Below, in pieces: positions 9,495-19,045 of a stretch of 64,000 nt of DNA. The notes beneath the pieces are model-generated. The model was not told the DNA's origin. It did not search any database and worked only from the letters and a program-made list of their open reading frames with translations. The stretch is from Parcubacteria group bacterium M10-OD1-1 (GTDB lineage Bacteria > Patescibacteriota > Minisyncoccia > Moranbacterales > UBA2206), in the NCBI GenBank assembly GCA_003056145.1, contig LSNL01000001.1, forward strand, positions 73,351 through 137,350, written 5' to 3'. Positions within the stretch are counted from its first letter, which is position 1. Each line of letters starts with the position of its first letter. A program made the position numbers and the translations under genes.

Positions 9495-9678
9495 AAAAAA
9501 ACAACTAACAAATCGGAACATGCCTCGGTGCACCTTCGCATTGTTTTGTCTGCGAACGAAGTTTGCCTTGGTAAGGATATTGTAATCCGAGCGCGAACTT
9601 ATTTCGAGAACAATAGCTAGGAAGCGGAACGCTTCGCGTACTTTTTCTCGCGCTCTGCGAGCGTGAAGTTTTAATTTG
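9495..9678 (-). ncRNA. Candidate structured ncRNA (unidentified), GC-rich island immediately 3' of tRNA-Ala
   Basis: ~185 nt at ~50% GC in a ~28% GC background. Nested perfect hairpins: cgctc-tgc-gagcg, gaagcg-gaa-cgcttc, ttcgca-N10-tgcgaa, and the self-complementary ggtgcacc. The minus-strand sense ends in a U-run. Family and strand unresolved. Confidence 0.35.
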
Positions 9679-9751
9679 TGGACCTGAGGAGATTCGAACT
9701 CCTGACCTCTTCCATGCCATGGAAGCGCTCTACCAACTAAGCTACAGGCCC
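9679..9751 (-). tRNA. tRNA-Ala (GGC)
   Basis: Reverse complement GGGCCTGTAGCTTAGTTGGTAGAGCG-CTTCC-ATGGCAT-GGAAG-AGGTC-AGGAGTTCGAATCTCCT-CAGGTCC-A. G3:U70 Ala identity pair present. Confidence 0.8.
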
Positions 9752-10035
9752 ATCTTCTTTAGCATAAAAAATATAATAACTTCAGTCAAGAGCCTAAAAG
9801 TATAAGAAAGTTAAGTAAATTATGATTTTTACTTTGAGCTAAAAAACTGTTTAAAAAGAAGCAATGTGATATAATGAAATTAGTTTAAAAAAGAATTTTT
9901 TTATTAAGTAGTAGCAGAAATTAAATAAATAATAGGTTATAAGTTACCGAATAGAGGAAGGTCCAGTCTATTGGAATAAGGACTAGTATTAGTAAAGAAT
10001 AGAAATAGACTAAAAAATTTAAACAGAAATATATA

Positions 10036-12066
10036 ATGAGTGTCTCTAATTTTTTAAATAAACTTAAAACTAAACCAGATATATGGTTCTTTTCGGTTTT
10101 TTTATTGACTTTTACTCTTAATATTAGAAAAGTATTATTTTACTTTCCTCAACAAGGAACATTTAATGAATATACTGGAATATATGTTTATATGTCAGAT
10201 ATATTCTTATTATTAACCATAGGTTTATGGTTAATATCATTATATTACAATAATATATTTAAATTGTCAAGGGATAAGCTGTGGATAACTTATTTTTTCT
10301 CTAAAAAATATCTAATAATCCCCTTAGCTCTAGTTATATGGTCATTTATATCTATTTTTTGGTCTAGCTATCAGTCCATAGCTTTTTTTAGATCAATAAA
10401 GCTATTGGAATTTTACTTACTTTACTTATATGTAATTTTTAGATTTAGTCCTTTTTTCTTTATTAAACAAGACTATGATAATAAAATAAAGGAAGGGGAA
10501 AAAATATTAGAAGTTAACCAATTGAATGTACTGAAAAATGTTCCACGTGGAACATTTTTTAATTTTAAATATAAAGAAATAATCCGATATTTCTTTCTGA
10601 CGATTGTTGGTATAAGTGTAATTCAATCAATTATTGCCATTAATCAGGTAATTATTCAAAAATCAGTGGGTTTAGGCGCTTTGAGAGAAAGTTTTATATC
10701 TCCTAGCTTACCAGGAGTAGCTAAAGTGATTTTAGGAGGAGATAAATATATTAGAGCTTATGGTTTAATGCCTCATCCTAATATTTTAGGTGGTTTTTTG
10801 TTGTTTTCAATAGTAATAAGTCTACTCTACTTAAAATTGTTCCACGTGGAACAATTCGCTTTTGTTGAAAAAGGCGGGATGGCTTCAAAAAAGGATGGAA
10901 GTAAAAGTAATAGACTTGTCGGATTGAAAATGTTCCACGTGGAACATTTTCAAAAGAAAAGTAGTTTTTTTAACTCAGTAATGTTCCACGTGGAACATTT
11001 TAAGAAAAAATATTTTTCACCGCCTTCGTCTCAAGAACAAATTGTTCCACGTGGAACAATTTTAAGTAAAATCTGGCATGTAGTTAGATGGCGAGGTATG
11101 ATGAAAGTATGTTTTTTAGATAGCTACATTTTTATTAAAAAGTTTGTTAAAAAAGATAAATGGCTTATTAAAGCCTTTATTTTAATTCAAGTCCTAGCTC
11201 TTTTTTTAAGTTTCTCCAAATCGGCAATTATAGGTTTAGTTATTTCTTTAATTTATATTGTATATAAATTAAATGTTCCACGTGGAACATTTATATTGCA
11301 ATGGAAAAAAATAAGATTAGTAACTAGCTTAAGATATTTTCGCATATCAATACTGATGATATTAGTGATATGTTCCTTTATAATAATATTTCTAAAGCCA
11401 GATTTTAATACTGTATTTTTTCAATCATTACGAGAACGTTTATTTTATCTAAATGTTTCACGTGGAACAATTTTAAGTAGTCCGATTTTGGGAATTGGAT
11501 CAGGACAATTTGTGATAAATATCCCTTATTTCTCCCAAAATGTTGTTTTGCCTTGGGAATATCAACCAGTGCATAATGTTTTTCTACTGGTTTGGAGCGA
11601 ATTAGGAATAATTGGAGTAGTTTTGTTTTCTTGGTTTATTTTAAAATTGTTCCACGTGGAACAATTTAATTTGCTTAAAAAAGATAACTTAACTTCAAAG
11701 AAAGATGAAAATAAAAATAAAAAGTTCCTCGGATTAAAAATGTTCCACGTGGAACATTTTGAGAAAAAAGAATCATTATTGCATGTAGTTAAAGAGACAA
11801 TTGTTCCACGTGGAACAAATGAACATTTTGAAAAAAATAGGAATAAAGAAATTAATAGTATAGCTAAAAGAAACAAGAAAGATAATATATTATACAATAA
11901 GAATAGATATTTGTCAATGAATTATCTTCTTATTTATTTTCAGGGAATATTATTGGGTTTCGTTTTTATTATGCTTTTTGACCATTATTTGTGGGATATT
12001 CAGCAAGGTAGCGTCTTGTTTTGGCTAGTTTGCGGATTTATTGTTGGAAATAAGAAAGTGTGTTAA
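10036..12066 (+). CDS. O-antigen-ligase-like membrane protein carrying ten in-frame palindromic insertions and an internal duplication
   Basis: 676-aa uninterrupted ORF. N-terminus is polytopic membrane. Ligase motifs appear twice (MPHPNILGGFLLFS…LYLKLFHVEQF and PVHNVFLLVWSELGIIGVV…FILKLFHVEQF). The C-terminus resembles the neighbouring ligase paralogs. Confidence 0.5.
   Translation: MSVSNFLNKLKTKPDIWFFSVFLLTFTLNIRKVLFYFPQQGTFNEYTGIYVYMSDIFLLLTIGLWLISLYYNNIFKLSRDKLWITYFFSKKYLIIPLALVIWSFISIFWSSYQSIAFFRSIKLLEFYLLYLYVIFRFSPFFFIKQDYDNKIKEGEKILEVNQLNVLKNVPRGTFFNFKYKEIIRYFFLTIVGISVIQSIIAINQVIIQKSVGLGALRESFISPSLPGVAKVILGGDKYIRAYGLMPHPNILGGFLLFSIVISLLYLKLFHVEQFAFVEKGGMASKKDGSKSNRLVGLKMFHVEHFQKKSSFFNSVMFHVEHFKKKYFSPPSSQEQIVPRGTILSKIWHVVRWRGMMKVCFLDSYIFIKKFVKKDKWLIKAFILIQVLALFLSFSKSAIIGLVISLIYIVYKLNVPRGTFILQWKKIRLVTSLRYFRISILMILVICSFIIIFLKPDFNTVFFQSLRERLFYLNVSRGTILSSPILGIGSGQFVINIPYFSQNVVLPWEYQPVHNVFLLVWSELGIIGVVLFSWFILKLFHVEQFNLLKKDNLTSKKDENKNKKFLGLKMFHVEHFEKKESLLHVVKETIVPRGTNEHFEKNRNKEINSIAKRNKKDNILYNKNRYLSMNYLLIYFQGILLGFVFIMLFDHYLWDIQQGSVLFWLVCGFIVGNKKVC
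10534..11818. repeat. Ten dispersed copies of a 16-bp perfect palindrome TGTTCCACGTGGAACA inside one gene, often extended to 18-26 bp by A/T runs
   Basis: Cores at 10539, 10838, 10931, 10982, 11043, 11274, 11454 (variant gtttcac), 11648, 11741 and 11802. Spacing is irregular (59-300 bp). The palindrome has no stop in any frame, giving the peptide motifs VPRGT / FHVE(H/Q)F / CSTWN. Confidence 0.9.
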
Positions 12067-12089
12067 TCTTAAATTAATCTTATTTTAAG

Positions 12090-12183
12090 TAAGACTAAGA
12101 CTAAGACTAAGACTAAGACTAAGACTAAGACTAAGACTAAGACTAAGACTAAGACTAAGACTAAGACTAAGACTAAGACTAGA
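12090..12183. repeat. Hexanucleotide microsatellite (TAAGAC)x15.5
   Basis: Perfect tandem repeat directly visible in the sequence, starting 24 bp after the stop of the palindrome-bearing gene and ~110 bp upstream of the next ORF. Confidence 0.95.
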
Positions 12184-12293
12184 TTTTAGATGTCTTAGTG
12201 AATAAAATTATTTGTTTTTAATTTTAAATATAATTATTTTTTAGAGAGCTATCATTTTTTTCAAGTTCTTTATAGAGATTACCATAATTCAGG

Positions 12294-13496
12294 ATGGATA
12301 GAGATTATTATCGAAATATTCCCCTTTTGTATATTTACAGTATATTTATTAAGCGGGTTTCGCAACCTATTATTATTTTATATTTTTTGCTTAATAGGTT
12401 GAGTTTTGCTCAAATAGGGATATTAGCTGCGACAACGCTTGTTGTTCAGATGACGACAGATATTTATGGAGGGATATTTGCAGATACTTATGGAAGAAAA
12501 GCTACACTTTTATTACATTCGGTTTTCGGGGCTATAACGATGTTATTTTATTTTATTGGAAATTCTTTTCCGTGGTTCTTTTTAGCAAGTATTATGTATG
12601 GAATTGCTGGGGCATTTATAACTGGGACAAGAAATTCCATTCTTTATGATACACTAATAAAACTTAATAGGGTGGTTGAATTTAAAAAATTCAATGGAAG
12701 AGTTTTGTTATATTCACATATAATCAATGCTTTAGTGCTTTTAATGATTCCTGTTATGTATACTTTTAACGTTAAATTGCCATTTCTTTTTGGTATTGGA
12801 TTTTTTCTGATTTCATTTATTCTGGCGCTTTTCTTTATTGAACCGCAGTTGGAAAAAAAATCAGAGAGGGCTTTACCAGTGTATGGTACTAAAATTATTG
12901 AAGCGTTAAGAGAAATTAAGCTAAATAAAAAATTGATAATTGCTATTCTTCTTTCTATGTTTACAGCTTCTTTTATTTTTATGGGAGTTGGATATATACA
13001 GCCTCTTTTGAAAATTTCTAAATTACAAGTTGTTTATTTTGGTGTTGTTTATGCATTAATGAGTGGATTAATGGGGATTGGTGGACTGATTACGCATAAA
13101 CTAGAAAAGTACTTTACTCAAGAAAGATTATTAATTTTGGGGCTCGGAGGTATTACTATAAGCTTTTTGGGATTTTCCTTTAGTGTAGGAGTAGGGATTA
13201 TCTTGGCTGTTTTAATATTGAAACTTTCTGAAGGTTTTAATCGGATTATATTAGAAGATGAGATTAATAAAAATATAGAGTCAAAGAATAGAACGACAAT
13301 TTTATCTGTGACTAGTTTATCCAAAACGCTGGCTACTAGTGGATTAATACTTATTTTTGGTTTTATTTCAGATTTAGTTGGTGTTCAGCATATGTTTAAC
13401 TATGCCTTAGGATTATTTTTTGTTATAATTATTGTAACTTGGATTCTTGTTAATAATATTAAACGAGCGAAAAGAAGAGAATATGGCGTAAATTGA
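12294..13496 (+). CDS. Major facilitator superfamily transporter
   Basis: ~11-12 TM segments. MFS motif A GGIFADTYGRKATLL lies between TM2 and TM3. The exact start is uncertain. Confidence 0.6.
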   Translation: MDRDYYRNIPLLYIYSIFIKRVSQPIIILYFLLNRLSFAQIGILAATTLVVQMTTDIYGGIFADTYGRKATLLLHSVFGAITMLFYFIGNSFPWFFLASIMYGIAGAFITGTRNSILYDTLIKLNRVVEFKKFNGRVLLYSHIINALVLLMIPVMYTFNVKLPFLFGIGFFLISFILALFFIEPQLEKKSERALPVYGTKIIEALREIKLNKKLIIAILLSMFTASFIFMGVGYIQPLLKISKLQVVYFGVVYALMSGLMGIGGLITHKLEKYFTQERLLILGLGGITISFLGFSFSVGVGIILAVLILKLSEGFNRIILEDEINKNIESKNRTTILSVTSLSKTLATSGLILIFGFISDLVGVQHMFNYALGLFFVIIIVTWILVNNIKRAKRREYGVN

Positions 13497-13510
13497 ATTA
13501 AAAATATTTT

Positions 13511-13900
13511 ATGAATATACCTATAAAAGCCGTAAAGGCGGTAATAATTAATAGCAAAAGGGAAATATTATTATTACGGAGAAATCTTAAAATACGTGAA
13601 CGATCCAGTTGGGATTTACCAGGAGGCTTGATTGAAAAAAATGAAGATGAAAAAAATGCGTTAAAGAGAGAGGTTATGGAAGAGTTAGGTGTGGAAATTA
13701 AAGTAATTAAAGTTGGAAAAACTTGGAATTTTTTTCGTTCGTTAGATGAAAAATGGGTAAGTGTTCAAAACTATAGTTGTAAAATTATTAACGGAACAAT
13801 ATTTTTGAGTGACGAACATATTGCTTATAAATGGGTTAATAAGAAGGAAGTTAGAAAATATCCAGTCAAAGACAAGAGTTTTTTTAATGCAATAGAATAA
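13511..13900 (+). CDS. NUDIX hydrolase
   Basis: Nudix box GGLIEKNEDEKNALKREVMEELGV (Gx5Ex7REUxEExGU). Confidence 0.7.
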   Translation: MNIPIKAVKAVIINSKREILLLRRNLKIRERSSWDLPGGLIEKNEDEKNALKREVMEELGVEIKVIKVGKTWNFFRSLDEKWVSVQNYSCKIINGTIFLSDEHIAYKWVNKKEVRKYPVKDKSFFNAIE

Positions 13901-13943
13901 ATGTTTTATAAAACTAAGCAAAGGCAGTAGGAATTTTATAAAT

Positions 13944-13976
13944 AAAAAACACTTCTGTGATTAAGAAGTGTTTTTT
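13944..13976. terminator. Bidirectional intrinsic terminator
   Basis: aaaaacacttc-tgtgatta-gaagtgttttt: perfect stem flanked by an A-run and a T-run, between the convergent NUDIX (+) and gyrA (-) genes. Confidence 0.65.
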
Positions 13977-14009
13977 GGTAATAAATTTAAAGTTGAACTA
14001 GTAAATAAA

Positions 14010-16466
14010 TTAAAGTGCTGTGCTGGCAGAAACCTTATCTCCTTTTTGTGGTTTCATAACGCGTACTCCTTGAGTTGCTCGACCGAGAACAGAGACACTT
14101 TTTAAGGGGATACGAATTATTTGCCCTTTTTCTGAGGTTAAAATTAAATCTTCTTCTAATTTGTCGATATTAATAATACTAGCACCAATTAATTTTCCAG
14201 TTCTGGCTGTTAAGGAGGCAGTTTTAATTCCGCTTCCTCCTCTTTTCTGAATTTTGTAAGCTTTTAAGTTAGTTCTTTTGCCATACCCATTCTCAGAAAT
14301 AACTAATAATTGATTGCCTTCTTGTTTTTTTAATACAACATCCATACTAATTACCTGATCATCTTTTTTTAATTTAATACTACGAACTCCAGCAGCTGAT
14401 CTCCCCATAGAGCGTACGTCACTTTCCTTAAAGCGAATAGCTTGACCATTTTTAGTAGAAATCATTACTTCATCAGTGCCAGTTGTTGTATTAACCCAAC
14501 GAAGAGCATCACCTTTTTCAATTTTAATGGCTATAAGTCCAGAACGACGAACATTATTAAATTCTTCAATGGTTGTTTTTTTAATAGTTCCCATTTCAGT
14601 GGTCATAATAAGATATTTACAAATATCCTTTTTATTAAAAGCAACAATGGCTGTTATATTTTCTTCTTGTGAGAGGGAAAGAAAATTAATAATAGATTGT
14701 CCTTTGGCGGTGCGAGATGATTCAGGTATTTCATAAGCCTTAGTCTGAAAAACTTTCCCTGTATTAGTAAAGAATAACATATTATCATGAGACATAACGC
14801 TTAAAACTTTTTGAATAACGTCACCCTCTCTAGTGGTGGCTCCAATAACACCTTTTCCTCCGCGTTTTTGAACTTTATAAACTGATGGATTCATTCTTTT
14901 AATGTAATCATCTTTAGAAATAGTAATGATAGCTTCTACATTAGGAATAAGATCTTCTTGTCTGAATTCTCCAATTCCAGATTTTATTACTTTAGTTTTT
15001 CTTTCATCTCCATACTTTTCTTTAATTCTTAAAAGTTCATCTTTAACAATTTTAAGAATTTTTGTTGGGCTTTTGAGAATTTCTTTTAATTGAGCGATTA
15101 GTTTTAGTTTTTCTTTTAATTCATCTTCTATTTTTTTTCTTTCTAATCCAGCTAATGTTTGCAAACGCATTTCTAAGATAGCTGAGGTTTGCGCTTCTGA
15201 TAATTTAAATTTTTTCATTAAATTAACATAAGCTACTTCTTTAGTAGGAGATTTTTTAATAGTTTCTATAACTTCATCAATATGATCTAAAGCTTTTTTT
15301 AATCCTTCTAAAATATGGGCTCTGTCTAAGGCTTTTTGTAAATCAAATTTAGTTCTTCTTGTGATGACAATTTTTCGATGAGCAATATATTCTTCTAAAA
15401 CTGATTTTAAATTCATTACTTGAGGTGCAATGCCATCGATTAAAGCTAACATATTAACTCCAAAATTCTTTTGCAAATCAGTTAAAGAATAAAGTTTATT
15501 AAGAACTTTTTGAGGATAAGCGTCTTTTTTAAGATCAATAACAACACGAACACCATCTTTATCAGACTCGTCTCGAAGATTTTTAATGCCAAAGATTTTT
15601 CCATTAATCACTAAATCAGCTAATTTCTCTAGTAGTGCAGCTTTATTAGTAGCGTAAGTCATTTCAGTAACTATTATTTGGAAGGTGCCAGTTTTAGTCT
15701 CAATGATATCGACTTTTCCTCGAGTAACAATTTTACCTCGTCCAGTTTTGTAGGCTTCTAAAATATCTTTTTTATTATAGATAATTCCTCCAGTTGGAAA
15801 ATCAGGTCCTTGAATAAATTTCATTAAGTCTTCAATAGTAGCTTGAGGATTATCAATAAGGTGATTAACTCCGTCAATAACTTCAGAAATATTATGAGGA
15901 GGAATATTAGTAGCCATTCCAACGGCAATACCCATAGAACCATTAAGCAGTAATTGAGGAAGTCCAGCCGGAAGAACGGTCGGTTCCTTATGTTGTCCGT
16001 CAAAGTTTGGAATAAAATCAACAGTATCTTTTTCAATATCTTGAAGCATCTCTTCGGCGATAGCAGAAAGCTTAGCTTCAGTATAACGGTAAGCAGCTGC
16101 ACTATCACCGTCCATAGACCCGAAGTTTCCTTGTCCTTTAACAAGCGGGTAACGAAGAGAAAAATATTGGGCCATTCTAACCATAGATTCATAAACAGCA
16201 CTATCTCCGTGAGGGTGGTATTTTCCAAGAACTTCACCAACTACGGTAGCAGATTTTCGAAATTTAGAATTAGCTCGTAGCCCAGAGCTCCACATAGAGT
16301 AAAGAATTCTTCGGTGGACTGGTTTTAACCCATCACGAACATCAGGAAGAGCTCGAGATACAATTACGCTCATAGCATAATCTAAATAAGATTGTTGTAT
16401 TTCAGCGGTAATTTCTTGACCTTGAATATGTTCTAACTCAAGCTTGTTTTCTGTTTTTCTAGTCAT
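14010..16466 (-). CDS. gyrA: DNA gyrase subunit A
   Basis: 818 aa. Active-site region [11 protein letters not shown] and GyrA-box QKRGGKG present. C-terminal beta-pinwheel repeats. Confidence 0.9.
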   Translation of the reverse strand: MTRKTENKLELEHIQGQEITAEIQQSYLDYAMSVIVSRALPDVRDGLKPVHRRILYSMWSSGLRANSKFRKSATVVGEVLGKYHPHGDSAVYESMVRMAQYFSLRYPLVKGQGNFGSMDGDSAAAYRYTEAKLSAIAEEMLQDIEKDTVDFIPNFDGQHKEPTVLPAGLPQLLLNGSMGIAVGMATNIPPHNISEVIDGVNHLIDNPQATIEDLMKFIQGPDFPTGGIIYNKKDILEAYKTGRGKIVTRGKVDIIETKTGTFQIIVTEMTYATNKAALLEKLADLVINGKIFGIKNLRDESDKDGVRVVIDLKKDAYPQKVLNKLYSLTDLQKNFGVNMLALIDGIAPQVMNLKSVLEEYIAHRKIVITRRTKFDLQKALDRAHILEGLKKALDHIDEVIETIKKSPTKEVAYVNLMKKFKLSEAQTSAILEMRLQTLAGLERKKIEDELKEKLKLIAQLKEILKSPTKILKIVKDELLRIKEKYGDERKTKVIKSGIGEFRQEDLIPNVEAIITISKDDYIKRMNPSVYKVQKRGGKGVIGATTREGDVIQKVLSVMSHDNMLFFTNTGKVFQTKAYEIPESSRTAKGQSIINFLSLSQEENITAIVAFNKKDICKYLIMTTEMGTIKKTTIEEFNNVRRSGLIAIKIEKGDALRWVNTTTGTDEVMISTKNGQAIRFKESDVRSMGRSAAGVRSIKLKKDDQVISMDVVLKKQEGNQLLVISENGYGKRTNLKAYKIQKRGGSGIKTASLTARTGKLIGASIINIDKLEEDLILTSEKGQIIRIPLKSVSVLGRATQGVRVMKPQKGDKVSASTAL

Positions 16467-16506
16467 ATTTTTAATTTGAAATTTAAAGTTTTATTGTTTA
16501 ATTCTT

Positions 16507-16815
16507 TTATTGGGAATCTAAATTAGTGATTTTATCAGCATTAGATTGATTAGGTAAGGGCTTGCTTTTTAAACTTTGATTGATTTCTTGAGTAGTTTTT
16601 AAAATTGATTTTTTCTGTTGCTGGAATTCATTAATAATGGACTGTTGATTAGCAGAGGAAGGAATAACTTTTAATTGAGCTTTTTGATTAAGTAGAGAAA
16701 AAACCCAAATAAAAATAATAAAAAACATAGAAATTATAGTCGTTATCCAAACGTAACGCAAACGAATATTCTCCGGTTTTCTTCTGATTTCTTCAATTTT
16801 ATTATAAATGCCCAT
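16507..16815 (-). CDS. Hypothetical small single-pass membrane protein
   Basis: 102 aa with one TM segment (ITTIISMFFIIFIWVFSLL) and a Q/N-rich tail. Confidence 0.3.
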   Translation of the reverse strand: MGIYNKIEEIRRKPENIRLRYVWITTIISMFFIIFIWVFSLLNQKAQLKVIPSSANQQSIINEFQQQKKSILKTTQEINQSLKSKPLPNQSNADKITNLDSQ

Positions 16816-16891
16816 ATATAAAATATATTTCTTGGTGTAATATGCATTGCTAGAATAATTTTACAAAGAAATATAGTTTATAAAGTAGGAC

Positions 16892-17551
16892 TTATTCAAC
16901 GCTCATTAAAATAATTTCCATATTTTTATCAGCTAAATCTTTCTTTTTAAGATTAATTTTAGAAACTTTTTCGGTCGGACAATTACCAATTTCGTTACAA
17001 AAGGTTTTTTCGTCTTCGATATCTAAAGAAGTTTCTTTTAATTTGAAATGAATAGGGATAATAATCTTTGGTTCTATTTTTTTAATAATTTCAACTGCTT
17101 TTTTGCCATCAATAGTATATTTTCCTCCAATAGGGATCATCAAAATATCTACACCATTAATTTCTTCTAATTGTTTTTCGTTTAAATCATCACCCAAATC
17201 CCCTAGATGACAAATATGAATATCCTCTGATTCTAAAAGATAGATAGTATTTAACCCTCGTTCTTGTCCTTTTTTGTTGTCATGAAAAGAGCTAATTCCA
17301 ATAATATTGACATCCTTTATACTATATTCACCAGGAATATCAATAATACGAGGAGAACCTTTAATAGCGGAAATATTATTGTGATCAGAATGATCATGAG
17401 AAACTAAAACTAAATCTGCTTGTCCTTGAGGCGGTCTAAGCCCAATTGATTTACTAAAAGGATCCATAAAAATAACAATATCTTCTTTTCCACGCCCAGC
17501 GGGTTTAGTAGTTATTTTAAAACAGGAATGTCCGTAATATTGTATATTCAT
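16892..17551 (-). CDS. Metallo-beta-lactamase-fold metal-dependent hydrolase (UPF0173-like)
   Basis: N-terminal YYGHSCFKI and the HxHxDH motif LVSHDHSDH. Confidence 0.7.
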   Translation of the reverse strand: MNIQYYGHSCFKITTKPAGRGKEDIVIFMDPFSKSIGLRPPQGQADLVLVSHDHSDHNNISAIKGSPRIIDIPGEYSIKDVNIIGISSFHDNKKGQERGLNTIYLLESEDIHICHLGDLGDDLNEKQLEEINGVDILMIPIGGKYTIDGKKAVEIIKKIEPKIIIPIHFKLKETSLDIEDEKTFCNEIGNCPTEKVSKINLKKKDLADKNMEIILMSVE

Positions 17552-17679
17552 TTTTGTAAAAGCTAAATTAGTTAAGTTAATTGAAAATTTTTAGAAAGAT
17601 AAGATTATTGGAAATAAATTTCCAATAATCTTATCTTAGCACTAAGGAGAGAGGTTGTCGAGAAGAAGCGAGCTAAGAA

Positions 17680-18753
17680 TTAATTAGATTTCCCCATATA
17701 AACAACCTGAGTTGGGTAGGCAAATTTAATATCTTGTTCGCTAAAGGCTTCAAAGATCTTTAAATTTATTGCTTGTTGGATGTCCATATATTTATTATAG
17801 TCAGAGCTTAAAACAAAATAAACTATCTCAAAATTTAAGCTAAAATCGCCATAATCCTTAAAATGAGCTCGGTCAAATTTAGTATCAGAAAGTTCTTGAA
17901 TGATATTTTTTATAATTACAGGAATTTTTCTGAGCTTATCAGCACTGGTTTCATAAACTACTCCTAAAGAAAAGACTACTCTTCTTTGTTCCATTGAGCC
18001 ATAATTATTGATACGACTTTCGGTTAGTTCTCTATTAGAAACAACTAATTCTTGTCCTTGAAGAGTTTTTAAGCGAGTGCTTTTAATGCCAATTTTTTCT
18101 ACGGTTCCCATATCTGAGCCAACGATAATAAAGTCGCCACTTTTGAAAGGTTTATCAACGAAAATTGAGAAGGAAGCAAATATATCTCCTAAAATATTTT
18201 GAAGAGCTAAGGCAATAGCAACGCCTCCAACGCCTAAGCCAGCAATAAGGGAGGTAACATTAACCCCTAAGTTAGATAAAATAAGAATAAAACCTAAAGC
18301 CCAAAGAGAAATTTTTATTAATTGAGCGATTAATTTAATAGCGGCTTCTTTGTCGTTGTTATTTTCTTTAGGATTAAGAAGTTTCTTTTTAACAGCAAAA
18401 TCTATTATTTTCTGTAAAGATAAAATAACTTGAAGGGCTAGAGCAATAATCAAAAGTCCGAAAATAACCCTATGAATAAGAGGAGAAAGAGTTAAGATAC
18501 TAGAAGAAAGATAAATGGCAATAAAGAAAAAGAAAGAAGGCTTAACATTGCCTAAAATATGAACAATAAAATCATCTATATCAGTTTTTGTTTTCTTAGA
18601 TAGTTTTTCTAATTCTTTTAAGGTAGCCATTAGAACAAGCTTAAAGATAATCAGAAGAATAAAAAAGGTTAAAATAGCTATTAAATAGTCAGTTCCTTTA
18701 TTTCCCCAAATTTCAAAATGTTTAAGCAGTTGAAAGATTTTTAAAATAGACAT
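17680..18753 (-). CDS. Mechanosensitive ion channel, MscS family
   Basis: TM3/beta-domain region GVGGVAIALALQNILGDIFASFSIFVDKPFKSGDFIIV…GTVEKIGIKSTRLKT is typical of MscS. Confidence 0.8.
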   Translation of the reverse strand: MSILKIFQLLKHFEIWGNKGTDYLIAILTFFILLIIFKLVLMATLKELEKLSKKTKTDIDDFIVHILGNVKPSFFFFIAIYLSSSILTLSPLIHRVIFGLLIIALALQVILSLQKIIDFAVKKKLLNPKENNNDKEAAIKLIAQLIKISLWALGFILILSNLGVNVTSLIAGLGVGGVAIALALQNILGDIFASFSIFVDKPFKSGDFIIVGSDMGTVEKIGIKSTRLKTLQGQELVVSNRELTESRINNYGSMEQRRVVFSLGVVYETSADKLRKIPVIIKNIIQELSDTKFDRAHFKDYGDFSLNFEIVYFVLSSDYNKYMDIQQAINLKIFEAFSEQDIKFAYPTQVVYMGKSN

Positions 18754-18825
18754 TGATAAAAAGTTAATATTTAGTAAATTAAATCAGGATGAGCTATAAA
18801 AATATTTTAGCACAGAACAGAGGAC

Positions 18826-18854
18826 TTGCCAAAAAGATATGTTTGCTATATAAT
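18826..18854 (+). promoter_or_regulatory. Sigma70-like promoter upstream of rpsA with a ~190-nt leader
   Basis: TTGCCA, 17-bp spacer, TATAAT. A single DnaA-box-like TTATCCACA lies ~110 bp downstream in the leader. Confidence 0.5.
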
Positions 18855-19045
18855 GGTTATTGTAATGAGGCTAATTATTAAGAAAATTGAATAAAGGATG
18901 ATTTAATCCTATGTTGATAACTTCTTAATAATTCCCATACAGGGGATTTTTTAGGTTATAACCCTTTTATCCACAAGAAAAAGATACTAAAAGAAGCATT
19001 TTTAACTATTTAATACGATTTAATGCTGATCGTAAATAAAATTAT

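Noticed and set aside
9505-9720. 71-aa minus-strand ORF from the ORF track
   Set aside because: It overlaps tRNA-Ala and a GC-rich structured region. It has an Arg/Ser-rich composition typical of GC-driven spurious ORFs and no RBS.
10534-11818. CRISPR array
   Set aside because: Repeats are palindromic 16-mers with irregular spacing (59-300 bp) and lie inside a continuous ORF. Repeat regularity and spacer structure are absent.
18966-18974. DnaA boxes / oriC (TTATCCACA at 18966 and its complement TGTGGATAA at 43586)
   Set aside because: Only isolated single boxes are present. There is no cluster, no adjacent dnaA/dnaN, and no AT-rich DUE pairing. Likely chance occurrences in AT-rich DNA.
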